This document shows positions 20,428 to 31,270 of a stretch of DNA of 64,000 nucleotides, in pieces. The notes under the pieces are model-generated. The model saw only the letters and a program-made list of their open reading frames with translations, did not search any database and was not told the origin of the DNA. The stretch comes from an uncultured Planctomycetota bacterium (GTDB lineage: Bacteria; Planctomycetota; Planctomycetia; Isosphaerales; Isosphaeraceae). The stretch lies in assembly GCA_963823665.1 (NCBI GenBank), contig CAWGMQ010000008.1:1760001-1824000 (forward strand). Direction: 5' to 3'. The first letter of the stretch is position 1. Each line of letters begins with the position of its first letter. The position numbers were made by a program, and so were the translations under genes.

Positions 20428-22728
20428 ATGACCCGATTGCTGCGCACGGCGTGCTTTCTGTTCACACTTTTTGGGCAGGCGTCAATCAGCCTAGGAGACG
20501 ATCCGCCCAAGCCGGGCGGGGATGTAACGAGGCTGGTCTACGGCGAGTGGCGCATCCGGGTGCGGCCGGACCAGGGGCCGGCGTACGACGCGCTCATTCA
20601 ACAATCGGGACTGCCGCTGTTTCGCGCTGCGGGGGGGCGGATGGTCGGCTGGTGGAAGACGCTCGTCGGGGACCTTTACGAGCACGTCACGATCTGGGAA
20701 TACGATGATATGGCGGCGTTCGAGAAGGCCGTCGGCTTCCTGTCGAAGAGCGCGGATTTTGCCAAATTTGTTGCAGCGCGCGACCCGCTGTTATCCGGCG
20801 AGGAGAGCCGATTTTTGCGGCTGGCCACATTCTGGGCGACGCGCCCGAGCCTGCCTGAGCCGGCGGCTTTTGTGGTGCACGAGATTCATCGGGTGCCACT
20901 TGCGCACCAGGCGGCTTACTTTGAGCACATGGGCAAGCAAGGCATCGGGTTTCTCAAAGCCAACGGTTATCGACCGGCTGGTCCGTGGGTCGCGGAGGTC
21001 GGGAAGTGGTCGGAGGTGACGTATCTCTACTCGTTCGACAGCCTGGCGCAGCGACAGCAGACAATGGAGAAGCTCCGTTCGGACCCGAGCGCTGCCGCTT
21101 ATTCGGAGAAGCTGCGGGAGTTCACCGAGGAGATCAGCTCGCGGTTGCTGATTCCGGCGGACTTTGCGCGAGCGCCGGCCGCGGGAGCGGCCACGAAGGG
21201 TGAGTCTTCTGCGCTGACATTGCCGCACCGGGAGGAGATTGCGCCGGGGGTGCATGTCGCGGGGTTTGCCGATCGTTACCACTCGGCAAATTGCGGGTGG
21301 GTCGCGCTCGCTAGCGAGACGCTGCTCATCGATCTGCCGCGGGGGATGGAGGTTGGTCACTTTTTGAAGCTTGTCGCCACCACGACGGGCAGGCCTGCCA
21401 GGACGGTCGTGTTGACTCATGCGCAGGACGGGGATTGGCCGATCCTCAGGTCGCTGCGAGAGCGAGGAGTCACCCGCATCGTGACGTCACCGCTGGTGCG
21501 CACCAAGCTGCTGGCGGGGCCGGGGGCGCTCGATCCCGGAATGGTCAAGGCGGTCGGCGAGCGATTGTCGCTCGGCGACGGGTCGATCGCGGTGGAATTC
21601 CTACCGATGGATGATGCCGCCGGGCTCGCGGGAGGGGCCGTTCATGTGGCCGGGCGGCGCGTTCTCTTTGTCGGGCCGCTTGTGGTTCATGGGCCGCGGG
21701 CGCGATTGCCCGGCACGAGGACAGGGCGCTGGGCGGACGCGCTGCGACAGCTTGAAAAGCTGGATCTCGCCGGAGTCGTTCCCGGGATCGGGACGTGGGG
21801 CGGGCCGGAGCTGCTGGTGCGGCAGCGGAGGTTCTTGACGGAGCTGAGGCGCCAGGTTGGATATCAGATCGCCCAGGGCCGGCCTCGTGTGGGACTGACG
21901 GACCGGATCTGCCTGCCGGCGGATTGTCTGGTCTGGACGCCGTACGGGAACCCGACCTCAGAGGACATCGAGCACGTTTATACCGAGCTCACGGTTCCGA
22001 GCGCGCCGTTTGAGGGCCGCGAGCCCGGTGGCTCGCATTCGCGGCCGCACGCGCTTGTACTGATCGGGGATGGGCCGCACGAGCCGGGGCATCTCGAGGA
22101 GGGGCTGCGACCGGTGTTCGAGTCGACGGGAGTGGTTGCGCATTTCACGGTTGACGTTCGAGCGCTCTCGGCCGAGAACCTTGCGAAGGTGGGATTGCTC
22201 GTGATCCTGCGCGACGGGTTGCAGCGGCCGGGGGCGGATGCGCGATCGTATTACAAATGGATGACGCCCGAGCAAGAGCGGGCGGTCGTTTCATTTGTTG
22301 AAGGAGGCGGGGGCTTCTTGAACCTGCATAATTCGATGGGGCTTTATCCGGAGCATGGGCCTTATCTCGAGCTCGTCGGTGGACGGTACATCGGCCATGG
22401 GCCGCTGGAACGATTTCGCGTCGAGGTTGTCGACTCGGGGCACCCGGTCACGCGTGGTGTGAGCGGGTTTTTCACGGCCGATGAGCAGCATACTCCTCCC
22501 TATGATGAAGGGCGCGTGCATCTGCTGTTGCGCAATTGCTCGGATGATGGTAAGTCTGCCGCGGCCGGATGGGTGCGCGAGGTGGGGCGCGGGCGGCTTT
22601 GCCATCTGGCGAACGGGCATACGCTCGAGGCGCTGCTGCATCCTATGTATCAGCGGCTCATGTGTAATGCGGTTCGGTGGTGTTTGCGGCTGGATGACAA
22701 GGCTGTGGCGGCAACAGTTGTGAATTGA
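20428..22728 (+). CDS. Secreted fusion: tandem NIPSNAP + degenerate metallo-beta-lactamase fold + ThuA-like domain
   Basis: Signal peptide; MVGWWKTLVGDLYEHVTIWEYDD; ANCGWV..LLID..VVLTHAQDGD..VVPGIG; FVEGGGGFLNLHNS..GRGRLCHLANGH. Confidence 0.8.
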   Translation: MTRLLRTACFLFTLFGQASISLGDDPPKPGGDVTRLVYGEWRIRVRPDQGPAYDALIQQSGLPLFRAAGGRMVGWWKTLVGDLYEHVTIWEYDDMAAFEKAVGFLSKSADFAKFVAARDPLLSGEESRFLRLATFWATRPSLPEPAAFVVHEIHRVPLAHQAAYFEHMGKQGIGFLKANGYRPAGPWVAEVGKWSEVTYLYSFDSLAQRQQTMEKLRSDPSAAAYSEKLREFTEEISSRLLIPADFARAPAAGAATKGESSALTLPHREEIAPGVHVAGFADRYHSANCGWVALASETLLIDLPRGMEVGHFLKLVATTTGRPARTVVLTHAQDGDWPILRSLRERGVTRIVTSPLVRTKLLAGPGALDPGMVKAVGERLSLGDGSIAVEFLPMDDAAGLAGGAVHVAGRRVLFVGPLVVHGPRARLPGTRTGRWADALRQLEKLDLAGVVPGIGTWGGPELLVRQRRFLTELRRQVGYQIAQGRPRVGLTDRICLPADCLVWTPYGNPTSEDIEHVYTELTVPSAPFEGREPGGSHSRPHALVLIGDGPHEPGHLEEGLRPVFESTGVVAHFTVDVRALSAENLAKVGLLVILRDGLQRPGADARSYYKWMTPEQERAVVSFVEGGGGFLNLHNSMGLYPEHGPYLELVGGRYIGHGPLERFRVEVVDSGHPVTRGVSGFFTADEQHTPPYDEGRVHLLLRNCSDDGKSAAAGWVREVGRGRLCHLANGHTLEALLHPMYQRLMCNAVRWCLRLDDKAVAATVVN

Positions 22729-22737
22729 AGTTGAGAT

Positions 22738-22863
22738 TGCCGCAGAGCGGCAACCGGAGCGTTCCCACGCAGAGCGTGGGAACGAGGGAGCACGCGATGG
22801 AGCGGCGTGCGGGGCGCGGGCATGGGGAGAGAGCGCACTTTCGCGGAGCGAAAGGCGACTTTG
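22738..22863. repeat. REP-like palindromes CGTTCCCACGCAGAGCGTGGGAACG and CTTTCGCGGAGCGAAAG between convergent genes
   Basis: Perfect stems; the first family recurs at 60784-60829. Confidence 0.75.
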
Positions 22864-23985
22864 CTACGCGCTGACGATGAATTGTTTGCACTGGATGGCG
22901 TTCAGGCCGGAGCGCTGGTGGAAGGGGCGCGGCTCGGGCTGGGCGAAGCCGTTCTTATCGATGGTGCGGACGCGAAACTCGTAGCCGCCGGGTTTCAGAT
23001 TCTGGAGGCTGACGGACCAGAGTGCGACGCTGAAGCGCATGGGCCATTCTTTGGGCTTGCCTTCGGGGGTGAAGCCCCAGATCTGGGCTGGCTTGACGTC
23101 TTCGGGAAGGCCGCCGCCCCAGTTGGAGGGTGGAGGCTCGATGGTGCAGGGGCGCCACTGGGCTGTGTTCCAGGCGGGATCGTCGTCAGCGATTTGGCCG
23201 TGGGTACCGGCCTCGGGGCGAAGCCAGTATTCGATATGGTCCAGTCCAGGCCAACCGACCATTGCGGTTCCCTGGATCGTGAAGGGGCGGCTGGCGGGGA
23301 AGCTGCCGGGCTCGGGGTTGTCGATGTATGCGGCCGTCTTCAAGTAAGATTCGGGGTCATTGTTCTGAAGAGCGTAGGTGTCGTTGGCGCGATAGTCGTT
23401 CGTCAGCGTGATGTGCTGGAGCCATTTCACGGATTTGAAGCCGTGGGCCCAGGGAATGAGCATGCGCACCGGCCCGCCGCGCTCGAGCGGGATGGGCTGG
23501 CCGTTGAGCCGATAGGCGATGAACGGGGGCAATTCACCCGGCGGCGTATCGAGGACCTGGTTGATTCCGAGCGATGACTGGAACGTCTGGTTGGGGTCGT
23601 TGTTGTGAAAGCCCCAGTAGTAGACGCGGCGGACGTCGCGCATCTTGCCGGTGGTGCGTAGAACCTGGCGCAAGGGGACGCCCTCCCATAGCCCCTGACC
23701 AAGGGGCTGGGCGATGTTGTTGCATTGCATGGCTTTCAAGAACTTGACGCCGTGCTTTTTGCCGAAGGCAAGCAACGCGGGGAGATCGAGGGCGGTGCCG
23801 TCGGCGAGTTTCTTGGGGTGATCGATCTTGGCGACGCCCTCCGATTCGATCTCGAGGCGCCAGGTATCGGCGGTGAGCCGGGCCTTCGTGAGGGCCTCGC
23901 CGGTGAGCGTGTGAGGTTGGGGATTGCCGCGGCTGACGTCTGTGAAGTCGTCGGGATTCGTCAGGAACGAGCGACGGTCGGTCAT
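22864..23985 (-). CDS. Molybdopterin-dependent oxidoreductase (sulfite oxidase family)
   Basis: AMQCNN (Mo-ligand Cys), WEGVPL, AYRLNGQPIPLERGGPVRMLIPWAHGFKSVKWL. Confidence 0.88.
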   Translation of the reverse strand: MTDRRSFLTNPDDFTDVSRGNPQPHTLTGEALTKARLTADTWRLEIESEGVAKIDHPKKLADGTALDLPALLAFGKKHGVKFLKAMQCNNIAQPLGQGLWEGVPLRQVLRTTGKMRDVRRVYYWGFHNNDPNQTFQSSLGINQVLDTPPGELPPFIAYRLNGQPIPLERGGPVRMLIPWAHGFKSVKWLQHITLTNDYRANDTYALQNNDPESYLKTAAYIDNPEPGSFPASRPFTIQGTAMVGWPGLDHIEYWLRPEAGTHGQIADDDPAWNTAQWRPCTIEPPPSNWGGGLPEDVKPAQIWGFTPEGKPKEWPMRFSVALWSVSLQNLKPGGYEFRVRTIDKNGFAQPEPRPFHQRSGLNAIQCKQFIVSA

Positions 23986-24018
23986 GGGAACTTCTCCGTG
24001 TGCGGCGCTGCGCGTTCT

Positions 24019-25368
24019 TCACGCGTGGTCGCCCGGGTGGATCCAGGGTCCGCGATAGGGGCGAGTGAGCAGGTCGTTGGCCTCTCCATCGCCGGAGACC
24101 TGACCGGTCTGGGCATCCCAGGTGAGTGCGCGGCCGAGTTTCATGGAGAGATTGGCGAGGATGCAGGTTGCGGTGGAAATATATCCTTCCTCGATATCGG
24201 CGACCGGGCGGGAGCGCGAGGCGATGGCGGCGAGGAGGTCTTTCATGTGGCCGCGGATCGCCGGTGCGACGTGGCGCTCGAGATCCTTCTCGGTCTTGTC
24301 CTCGGGAAACTGCTCGAGTTCCATGGTCACATCGCGGTGAATGGGAGTGCCGCCGCCGGAGGGGATGAAATCGTAGCCGTTGACGCTGGCTTTCAAGGTT
24401 CCCTTGTCGCCGTAGAAGGTGGCGCCCCAGGGGTATTTGGGGTCGGCTGGCTCGCCCCAGGTTCGATGCTGCCATACCACGTCGAGATCGCCAAAGTCGA
24501 ACGTGGCGGTCTGGGTGTCGGCGATGTTGGCCTTGGCGCCTTTCTGGACGAGGATGCCGCCGCTGGAGCTGACGCGCTTGGGCCAGCCGAGCTCGAGCAT
24601 CCAGCGGGTCATGTCGAGCATGTGGATGCACATATCACCCATGATTCCGTTGCTATATTCCATGAAGGCACGCCAGCCTCTGGGGTGGGCGATCGAGTTA
24701 TAGGGGCGGAGCGGGGCCGGGCCGGTCCACATGTTCCAGTCAAGGTAATCGGGGGGGTTGGAGTCTGGTGGGTTGGACGGGTTTCGCATGTGGTAGTAGC
24801 AATAGAGTTCGACCAGGCCGACCTTGCCGAGCTTTCCTTCGCGGATGATGCGGTCGCGGGCCTCGATCAAGTGAGGCGTGCTGCGGCGCTGGGTGCCGAC
24901 CTGCACGACTCTTTGGTGCTTGCGGGCGGCGGCGAGCATCGCCTTGCCCTCGTTCACGTCGATGCTAATCGGCTTCTGGACGTAGATATCAGCGCCGGCC
25001 TCGACGGCGGCGATCATCGGGAGGGCGTGCCAGTGGTCGGGGGTGGCGATCAGGACGATGTCGAGGTCTTTTTCTTTGAGCATTTCGCGATAGTCGGCGT
25101 AGGTGCGAGGGGTCTTCTTCGACGCCTGGCGCTGGGCGACCAGATCGGCGGCATCGGCGAGCATTTTCTTGTCGACATCGCAGAGCGAGACGACCTCGAC
25201 GGGGGCAACCTGGATCAGGCGGAGCAGGTCGGCCTTGCCGTACCAACCGCTGCCGATCAAACCCACCCGCTTGGCTTCGCGGCCCTCGAAGGCCGGAGCG
25301 TGTTTACCCCCGATCGAGAAAGCCAGCCCCGTGGCCGATGAGGCCGCCAGGAAATCGCGACGGTTCAT
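24019..25368 (-). CDS. Tat-exported Gfo/Idh/MocA family oxidoreductase
   Basis: MNRRDFL signal; VGLIGSGWYG; ATPDHWHA; YVQKPI; VQVGTQRRS; DMCIHMLD. Confidence 0.92.
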   Translation of the reverse strand: MNRRDFLAASSATGLAFSIGGKHAPAFEGREAKRVGLIGSGWYGKADLLRLIQVAPVEVVSLCDVDKKMLADAADLVAQRQASKKTPRTYADYREMLKEKDLDIVLIATPDHWHALPMIAAVEAGADIYVQKPISIDVNEGKAMLAAARKHQRVVQVGTQRRSTPHLIEARDRIIREGKLGKVGLVELYCYYHMRNPSNPPDSNPPDYLDWNMWTGPAPLRPYNSIAHPRGWRAFMEYSNGIMGDMCIHMLDMTRWMLELGWPKRVSSSGGILVQKGAKANIADTQTATFDFGDLDVVWQHRTWGEPADPKYPWGATFYGDKGTLKASVNGYDFIPSGGGTPIHRDVTMELEQFPEDKTEKDLERHVAPAIRGHMKDLLAAIASRSRPVADIEEGYISTATCILANLSMKLGRALTWDAQTGQVSGDGEANDLLTRPYRGPWIHPGDHA

Positions 25369-25487
25369 GGAGGTGATTCCTCTGATGGGTTTGGGTATGA
25401 TTACTGGATCGTCAGGCCAAAGCCTGACCTACGATGCGCGAATCGCTTGGACCACAATAAATCGAAAGTTAACGGGAACCACTCGCG

Positions 25488-26138
25488 TTGTCCACGGGGC
25501 TGGTGGACACCGACCAGAACGCGCTTGCCGGCAAGCCGGAGTTCTGCGGGCTTCGGCGACCGCTGTCTCTTCCTCTCTCTACGAGTGACATTCTACTACC
25601 CGGGGGGAAGAACGGCGCGCTTGAACAGGTGGTGCCGGGAAACTGGCGGGGCACGATACAGAAGCATCGGTTACGGGCGAGTAATGACGTCGAGAGAAGC
25701 CGGAGGGTGATCCGTTTCCTTTTCAGGAACTGGCTGGCGCAGGTTGACAAGCCAGACGCGGAACGCGCACGGCGCAGGAGGGTCGAGGACTTCTGGCTGT
25801 ACGAGTTTGACCGATCCGTGCCCGATAAGGCTCGCGAGATCAGCCCCGAGACGATCGATCGGGCCATTGACGAGACGCTTTTCGCCCGATTGGTGTTCGG
25901 ACAGGATGACCGGGCCGCGAACATGAACCCCTCCGCCATTGGCGCGTGGGAAGGTGACGGCTTTTTTGCGCGTGAACGGAAGCGGCGGTCCGTGCTGCTG
26001 GTGAAGCTGGCGGCGGAGCTGTATCGGCGGGAGAAGGGGCGGGCGCCGGCAACCGCAGGGGAGTTGCTTGGGGGTTATCTCAAGGAATTGCCTGAAGGGA
26101 TCTCGGGCGACGACGCCATTCCGGCGCGCGTGGAGTGA
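25488..26138 (+). pseudogene. Probable C-terminal remnant of a planctomycete hypothetical protein
   Basis: Protein-like 3' half (LVKLAAELYRREKGRAPATAGELLGGYLKELP) but no convincing start or RBS. Confidence 0.4.
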
Positions 26139-26149
26139 AGAACGAACGG

Positions 26150-27574
26150 TCAGGAGACGGGTGACGCGGAGAGGGGCTGCGCGCCTTGGCCGTTGCGCTC
26201 GAGGTCGGCTTGTGCCTCGGTGTCCGCCGCCGCAGAGATATGGGTGCGCAAGGGCGCCCTTGGGAGCGATCGTTCGGCGAGGACGATGGCGGCGGCGATA
26301 GTCCAGAGGCCGACCGGCAGCGTGACGTAGTGGGCGTAGGCATCGGCCGCGCCCAAAACCCAGCCCTGCGCGGGCAACAGCAGGAGAAGGGCATAGACGG
26401 ACCCGGCGAGCAGCGAGGCGGCGGCGCAGGACATGGCCATAACGACAACCATCGAACCGCCGCTCGAGACGAGAAATCGCCTGAACCCGACGAGCGAGCC
26501 CCAGATCGTGCCGCGGCTCCAGGCGACGATGCCGGCGAGCCCGGCCATCACCAGCCCGACGGCTTGAAGATCGGTCAGACCCCAGCCGAGCTGCCAGCGT
26601 ACGTAGCTACCGATGGGGGTGACATTGACCCAGGTCGGGAAGTAAGCGGCGCTCAACCATACGAAGCTCGCCAGATAACGCGAGGGCAAGACGAAGGCGC
26701 ATAGCATTGCGGAAGCGGGCATCAAGGCGATTGCCTCGCGGATGTCGAGCTTGTCTTCACCGGACCTCGTCAAGCCGGCGTTCCGAAGCTCTGTCAACAC
26801 CCAGCCGAGCAAGAAACCGTCGCAAATCAGCATCAAAATTGGTACACAGGCGGCCTCGACGACCAAGCAACCGCCCAGAGGCAAGTCACCACTGCCGGCA
26901 CCCCAGCCGACGGCCCGATAGAGTGCGTAGAGCGCCGCACTTCCCCAGATTGCCGTGGTCCAACGGCTGGCTGGCTGGGCCTTTGCTCCTTTTGCTGAGT
27001 AGTCGGTGGGGATGCCCCAGCCGGGTAATTCGAGGGACGCGCGGAACACGACGACGACGACGATCAAGAGGAGGGTCACGTTGTCGCCGAGCGCAGCGAC
27101 GTCGCGGAGGGGGGTGAGCCCGGCCAGGAGGCCTTGTTCGACGGCGAGCTCCCAGAGGGCGCGAGACTTGGTCAGGAGGGTGAGGTCGACGCGCCGGCCG
27201 TCGTCTCGCATGAACACCAGAGCCTGGGCGGCCGTCCAGCCGAGGACGGTGAATCCGATGACGACGGCGATCAAGCGACCGGCCTGCCAGACGCGCCAGG
27301 CGGCGTCTCGGACGAGCCTGAAGTGGCCGGGAAGGTCGAAGAGCTGCTTGAGGACCGCGAGGGGCCCCTGAAAGAGCAACGCCAGAACCAGAAGGGCAGC
27401 GAGTGGAGTGAGAAGAGCGAACAGCGGGTGATGAAAATCGGGAAGCGCCTGCGGGGACGACAGTGTGAGCCCGCCGAACCAGCGGCGCAGGGATGAGAGC
27501 GCCATGGAGGTGTTCGTGGCGGGCGCGGGTTGATTTTGCGCCCAGACGAAGGGGAGCGTCTGCCAATCCATCAA
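26150..27574 (-). CDS. Polytopic membrane protein of unknown function
   Basis: 474 aa with about 9-10 hydrophobic segments; GGAG RBS upstream. Confidence 0.8.
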   Translation of the reverse strand: MMDWQTLPFVWAQNQPAPATNTSMALSSLRRWFGGLTLSSPQALPDFHHPLFALLTPLAALLVLALLFQGPLAVLKQLFDLPGHFRLVRDAAWRVWQAGRLIAVVIGFTVLGWTAAQALVFMRDDGRRVDLTLLTKSRALWELAVEQGLLAGLTPLRDVAALGDNVTLLLIVVVVVFRASLELPGWGIPTDYSAKGAKAQPASRWTTAIWGSAALYALYRAVGWGAGSGDLPLGGCLVVEAACVPILMLICDGFLLGWVLTELRNAGLTRSGEDKLDIREAIALMPASAMLCAFVLPSRYLASFVWLSAAYFPTWVNVTPIGSYVRWQLGWGLTDLQAVGLVMAGLAGIVAWSRGTIWGSLVGFRRFLVSSGGSMVVVMAMSCAAASLLAGSVYALLLLLPAQGWVLGAADAYAHYVTLPVGLWTIAAAIVLAERSLPRAPLRTHISAAADTEAQADLERNGQGAQPLSASPVS

Positions 27575-27760
27575 CCCTGCTCCCTAGGGTGACTCATGAG
27601 TCAACATCCCGCGCGGTGATTCTGGCGGCGCGTTCGAGGGATCAACTGGACCTCCCCGCTCGACGTGCGGCGCCGCCCGAGTTGGCGAAGCTCGTCACGT
27701 GCGACAATTGTACTCGACGTGAATCACGATGGCGAGAACGGACTCGAGCCTGGCCGGATT

Positions 27761-28267
27761 TCATTGAGCGGGGTCGCTTGCAGCGCGATCCTTGATGTAA
27801 TCCTTGAGGTAGCGCAGGAAGGTGGGGAGGCCGGCGCGATCCCACTCGGCCTCGATCGCTTCTTTGAGTCGCTGATTTTCGGCCTGAAGGTTGCGGAAGG
27901 CCTCGGCATCGATCGCGCAGAGATCGACGCCGGTCACCTGGTCGTGCGTGTTGACGGAGACCAGGAAACCGGCCTCATTGGGCCAGGCCTCGATCTGGAG
28001 CTTCATATGTGGGTAGCGATGGTTGCCCAGCCGCAGCGCGTAGATCGGGGATGGGCGACCGGGGGCTTTTCCGGCGCGCTCGAAGGGGGGCCCCTTCAAG
28101 AGAACGTCGGTCGTGCAGTCCTCGCGCCAGATTGTGCGGCGCACCACAGTTTCGGGAAGATCGCCGGAGGGATAGGCGAGTTTCAAATAGATCTCGGCGG
28201 CCTTGCGCAGGAGGTCGACGCGCAGCCCACGTAAGTCACAATGACCTGCCGCGCCCATTGGCTCCAT
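27761..28267 (-). CDS. Hypothetical protein
   Basis: MEPMG..LRLGNHRYPHMKL..VNTHD; AGGA RBS before ATG 28267. Confidence 0.7.
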   Translation of the reverse strand: MEPMGAAGHCDLRGLRVDLLRKAAEIYLKLAYPSGDLPETVVRRTIWREDCTTDVLLKGPPFERAGKAPGRPSPIYALRLGNHRYPHMKLQIEAWPNEAGFLVSVNTHDQVTGVDLCAIDAEAFRNLQAENQRLKEAIEAEWDRAGLPTFLRYLKDYIKDRAASDPAQ

Positions 28268-28636
28268 GAGCAATTCCTGAGTTGCAGCCACGGGGTTACC
28301 CCTCATTGCTTCCCCAACTTGACTCAAATTCTCCGCAGACTCAATACCGATTGTCATACGACCCCTCGATTGGTGAGAGCGCGTGAGGACCGGTTGCATC
28401 GGGGAAGCGAACATGGTCGGGAGAATCGGGCGATAGCGGACGCGGACACCTCTATCTACAGAATGACGCTCGTATCTATAGGATGACGCTTGTCGCAGTA
28501 AACTGTGACCACGGCCCCACGGGGACGTGCCGGAAAGAGGGCACGGCGCGCAGTTCTCTACAGCTTTGACGACATTCGGGGGTGATTTGTTCGCCTCAGG
28601 GGCTGGCAAGAGGCGTTGCAGGGCGGCCGGCGCTGG

Positions 28637-29629
28637 TCAGCCCAAGGTTTCCATCGTGAGGGAGAACGTGTCGTGGCGGCCATGGGCGAGGAGGCGCAGG
28701 CCGGCGTCCTTGCCCTGCGGCTGGAGGTTGATCGCGTCGGTCGTCTGCGTGTAGGGCTCAACCGCAAGCACATCGGGCTTCCGCGGAGGCGTGTACACGA
28801 CCAGCTCGCGAATTCCGTCGTCGAACGTGAGCCGAAACTCGGCCTTTTTCTCCAGATCGACCAGCCGGGCCACACCGCGGCGATCCTGATACTGCAATCC
28901 GGTGAGAACGTCGTCGAGCTCGAGCCCATTCCGGGGCTTGCCTGTGCGAAAATCGAGCCTGGAATCGACCGGGCGGATCTCGCCGGTGGGCAGGAAATCC
29001 TTGAGGACCCAGTACCTGGACGCGGGCAAGATGACCTGGGTTTGCGCCGGATCGCCTCCCGGTGAAAACGGGAGACGAAAGTAAGGGTGGATGCCAAAAC
29101 CGTAAGGTAGATCGGCGGCGCCGGGGTTCGAGACAGTGACGGTCATGGAGAGCTTGCGGCCGGCCAAGGCGTAGGCGACCTGGAGCAGGGCATCGGCCGG
29201 CCAGAGTGAACGCGACTCGGGAGAGTGCTTGGAGATCTGGTAACTGGCGACGATACGAGCACTATCGTTACCGGCTTTATGCTCGATCACATCCCAGGCC
29301 GCGGTCATGGCGAAGCCGTGAATTGCGTTGGGGCCGTTGGTTGTGGGCAACTGGTAGGTGCGTCCTTCGAACGTGAAGCGTCCGTCACGGATGCGGTTGG
29401 GGAATGGGAAGAGGATCGGCGTGCCGTTGCCTGCGGGGTGGGCGGGCTGATCCGGGAAATCCGGAGATGCGACCAAGACCGGCCGGGGCTCTCCCGCGAG
29501 GGGGAGCCGGAGATCGAAAAGATTGAAACCATACGCGGGCAAGATGGATGCGGAGGCCCCGGTTGCATCGTCGTGGAGAGAGTAGACGGTCCTGCCAGCG
29601 TGGTCGCGGGTTTCGATTCGGAACGACAT
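28637..29629 (-). CDS. Aldose 1-epimerase family protein
   Basis: LFPFPNRIRDG, NAIHGF, FGIHPYF, LDDV, AVEPYT. Confidence 0.9.
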   Translation of the reverse strand: MSFRIETRDHAGRTVYSLHDDATGASASILPAYGFNLFDLRLPLAGEPRPVLVASPDFPDQPAHPAGNGTPILFPFPNRIRDGRFTFEGRTYQLPTTNGPNAIHGFAMTAAWDVIEHKAGNDSARIVASYQISKHSPESRSLWPADALLQVAYALAGRKLSMTVTVSNPGAADLPYGFGIHPYFRLPFSPGGDPAQTQVILPASRYWVLKDFLPTGEIRPVDSRLDFRTGKPRNGLELDDVLTGLQYQDRRGVARLVDLEKKAEFRLTFDDGIRELVVYTPPRKPDVLAVEPYTQTTDAINLQPQGKDAGLRLLAHGRHDTFSLTMETLG

Positions 29630-29846
29630 CAGGACACCCCATTTCACGATTTGCGCCTTGTCCGGTGGGCGGACGGTGGCGCTTGACATGTCAACTCCAC
29701 CCGATTCGACCATGCCGGGCGCGCGATTGCAAACGGTGCGCGGGAGGATAAGATCGGGCCGCTGACCCGGCGGGCGGCACACGGAGTGTGCCTGCTACAG
29801 AGGTCGGACGACTCTTTCCGCACTTTTCTTCTTGAGTGAGCTGCGC

Positions 29847-30902
29847 ATGGCCGACATTCCTGCATCGACTCTGATCGAATTTGCGACTGCACTCCTGGCC
29901 GGAGCGGGTGTACCGCGAGAGGATGCCGTGGTCGTGGCGACGAGCTTAGTCGGTGCGAATCTGCGCGGCCACGACTCGCACGGCGTGATGCGGGTGTTGC
30001 AGTACGTTGAATTCGTGGAGCGTGGCGAGATCCGGCCAGGCGTGGACCTTCAGGTCGTGCAAGAGACAGCCGCCATGCTGGTTTGCGACGGCCAGTGGGG
30101 CCTGGGACAGGTGCAAGCGCAGCGGCTGCTGGACCTTCTGGTGCCCAAGGCGAGGGTACTCGGAGTAGCGGTCGGCGCGGCGCGTGATTGCGGGCACATC
30201 GGCCGGCTGGGCGAATACGCCGAGCGCGCCGCGTCTCTGGGACTGATGCTGCTGGCGGTCGTGAACAATTGCGGAGGGTGGAAGCGAGTCGCGCCACCTG
30301 GCGGAATCGAGCCAAGACTGAGCACGAACCCGTTTTGTGCGTCTGTTCCGACCGAGGATCCCGATGCGCCGATCGTCGCGGACTTTTCCACGAGCGTGGT
30401 CGCCGAGGGGAAAGTGCGGAGGCATTACATCGGTCAGCGCCCTGTTCCCGAGGGATGGCTGCTGGATCACAGAGGCCAGCCGACGACGGACCCGGCGGTC
30501 CTTTACGAGCCGCCGCTGGGCACGATTCTTCCGCTGGGTGGAGCTCAATCATACAAGGGCTTCGGGCTGGCGCTGATTCTCGAGTTGTGGGCGGGGGGTC
30601 TTTCCGGCGGGCGGTGCAGTGATCCTGAGGTACGCGCGGTGGGCGGGAACAACATTCTGTTCGTGGTCTTCGACCCGGAGTTCTTCGCGGGCAAGGAGTA
30701 CGTGATCGGACAAGCAAGCCGGCTGGGTGAATTCATCCATGCGACGCCACGGCTCCCGGGCGTGGATGCAATTCTTTTGCCGGGAGAGCCCGAACGCATC
30801 ATGTTCGAGCGACGAAGCGTGGACGGAATTCCGCTCGACCCGCAACTTCGTGCCAAGTTGGCTCAACTCGCGCAGAGGCTGGGAGTTGCGCCTCTTGATT
30901 GA
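29847..30902 (+). CDS. Ldh_2 family (malate/L-lactate/hydroxycarboxylate) dehydrogenase
   Basis: ANLRGHDSHGVMR, GHIGRLGEYAE, LSTNP, SYKGFGL, LPGEPE. Confidence 0.92.
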   Translation: MADIPASTLIEFATALLAGAGVPREDAVVVATSLVGANLRGHDSHGVMRVLQYVEFVERGEIRPGVDLQVVQETAAMLVCDGQWGLGQVQAQRLLDLLVPKARVLGVAVGAARDCGHIGRLGEYAERAASLGLMLLAVVNNCGGWKRVAPPGGIEPRLSTNPFCASVPTEDPDAPIVADFSTSVVAEGKVRRHYIGQRPVPEGWLLDHRGQPTTDPAVLYEPPLGTILPLGGAQSYKGFGLALILELWAGGLSGGRCSDPEVRAVGGNNILFVVFDPEFFAGKEYVIGQASRLGEFIHATPRLPGVDAILLPGEPERIMFERRSVDGIPLDPQLRAKLAQLAQRLGVAPLD

Positions 30903-31270
30903 TAAGTCTGGCGGCCGCTACCGAGGAATGACGATAGCATTCATGTTATCGCGGTCGCTCCCATGGCAGGCTGAGGACGGTTGCATTGATTCAATCGAGT
31001 GCACCTGAATTCGCCTTGTCGTACCTCCAATTGGGAATATAGTCTGGGTTTTACGCTAAAAGAGGCACGGAGATAATGACTATGCGGCAGGATAAGCGCG
31101 AAAGCGAGGAAACGTGGTGCGTGGTTGGCTTGGCGCAATCTAGTGTAAATTGATGTTGACCGACAAATTCTTGGCTGCTATGATGGATGTGAGCGATCGA
31201 TAATGAAGGGGGGAAAGCGATGAGGTTGAATAGCGGCGGGCCAGGGAGTCGGAGAGAGGAGAGTGCGAGG

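Noticed and set aside
23960..23985. RRSFL at the start of the molybdo-oxidoreductase as a Tat signal
   Set aside because: No hydrophobic h-region follows (TNPDDFTD)
23725..25341. Long antisense ORFs (also 13273-14814, 39036-40520, 47484-48653, 52017-53414)
   Set aside because: Shadow frames opposite well-supported genes in high-GC DNA, with no motifs
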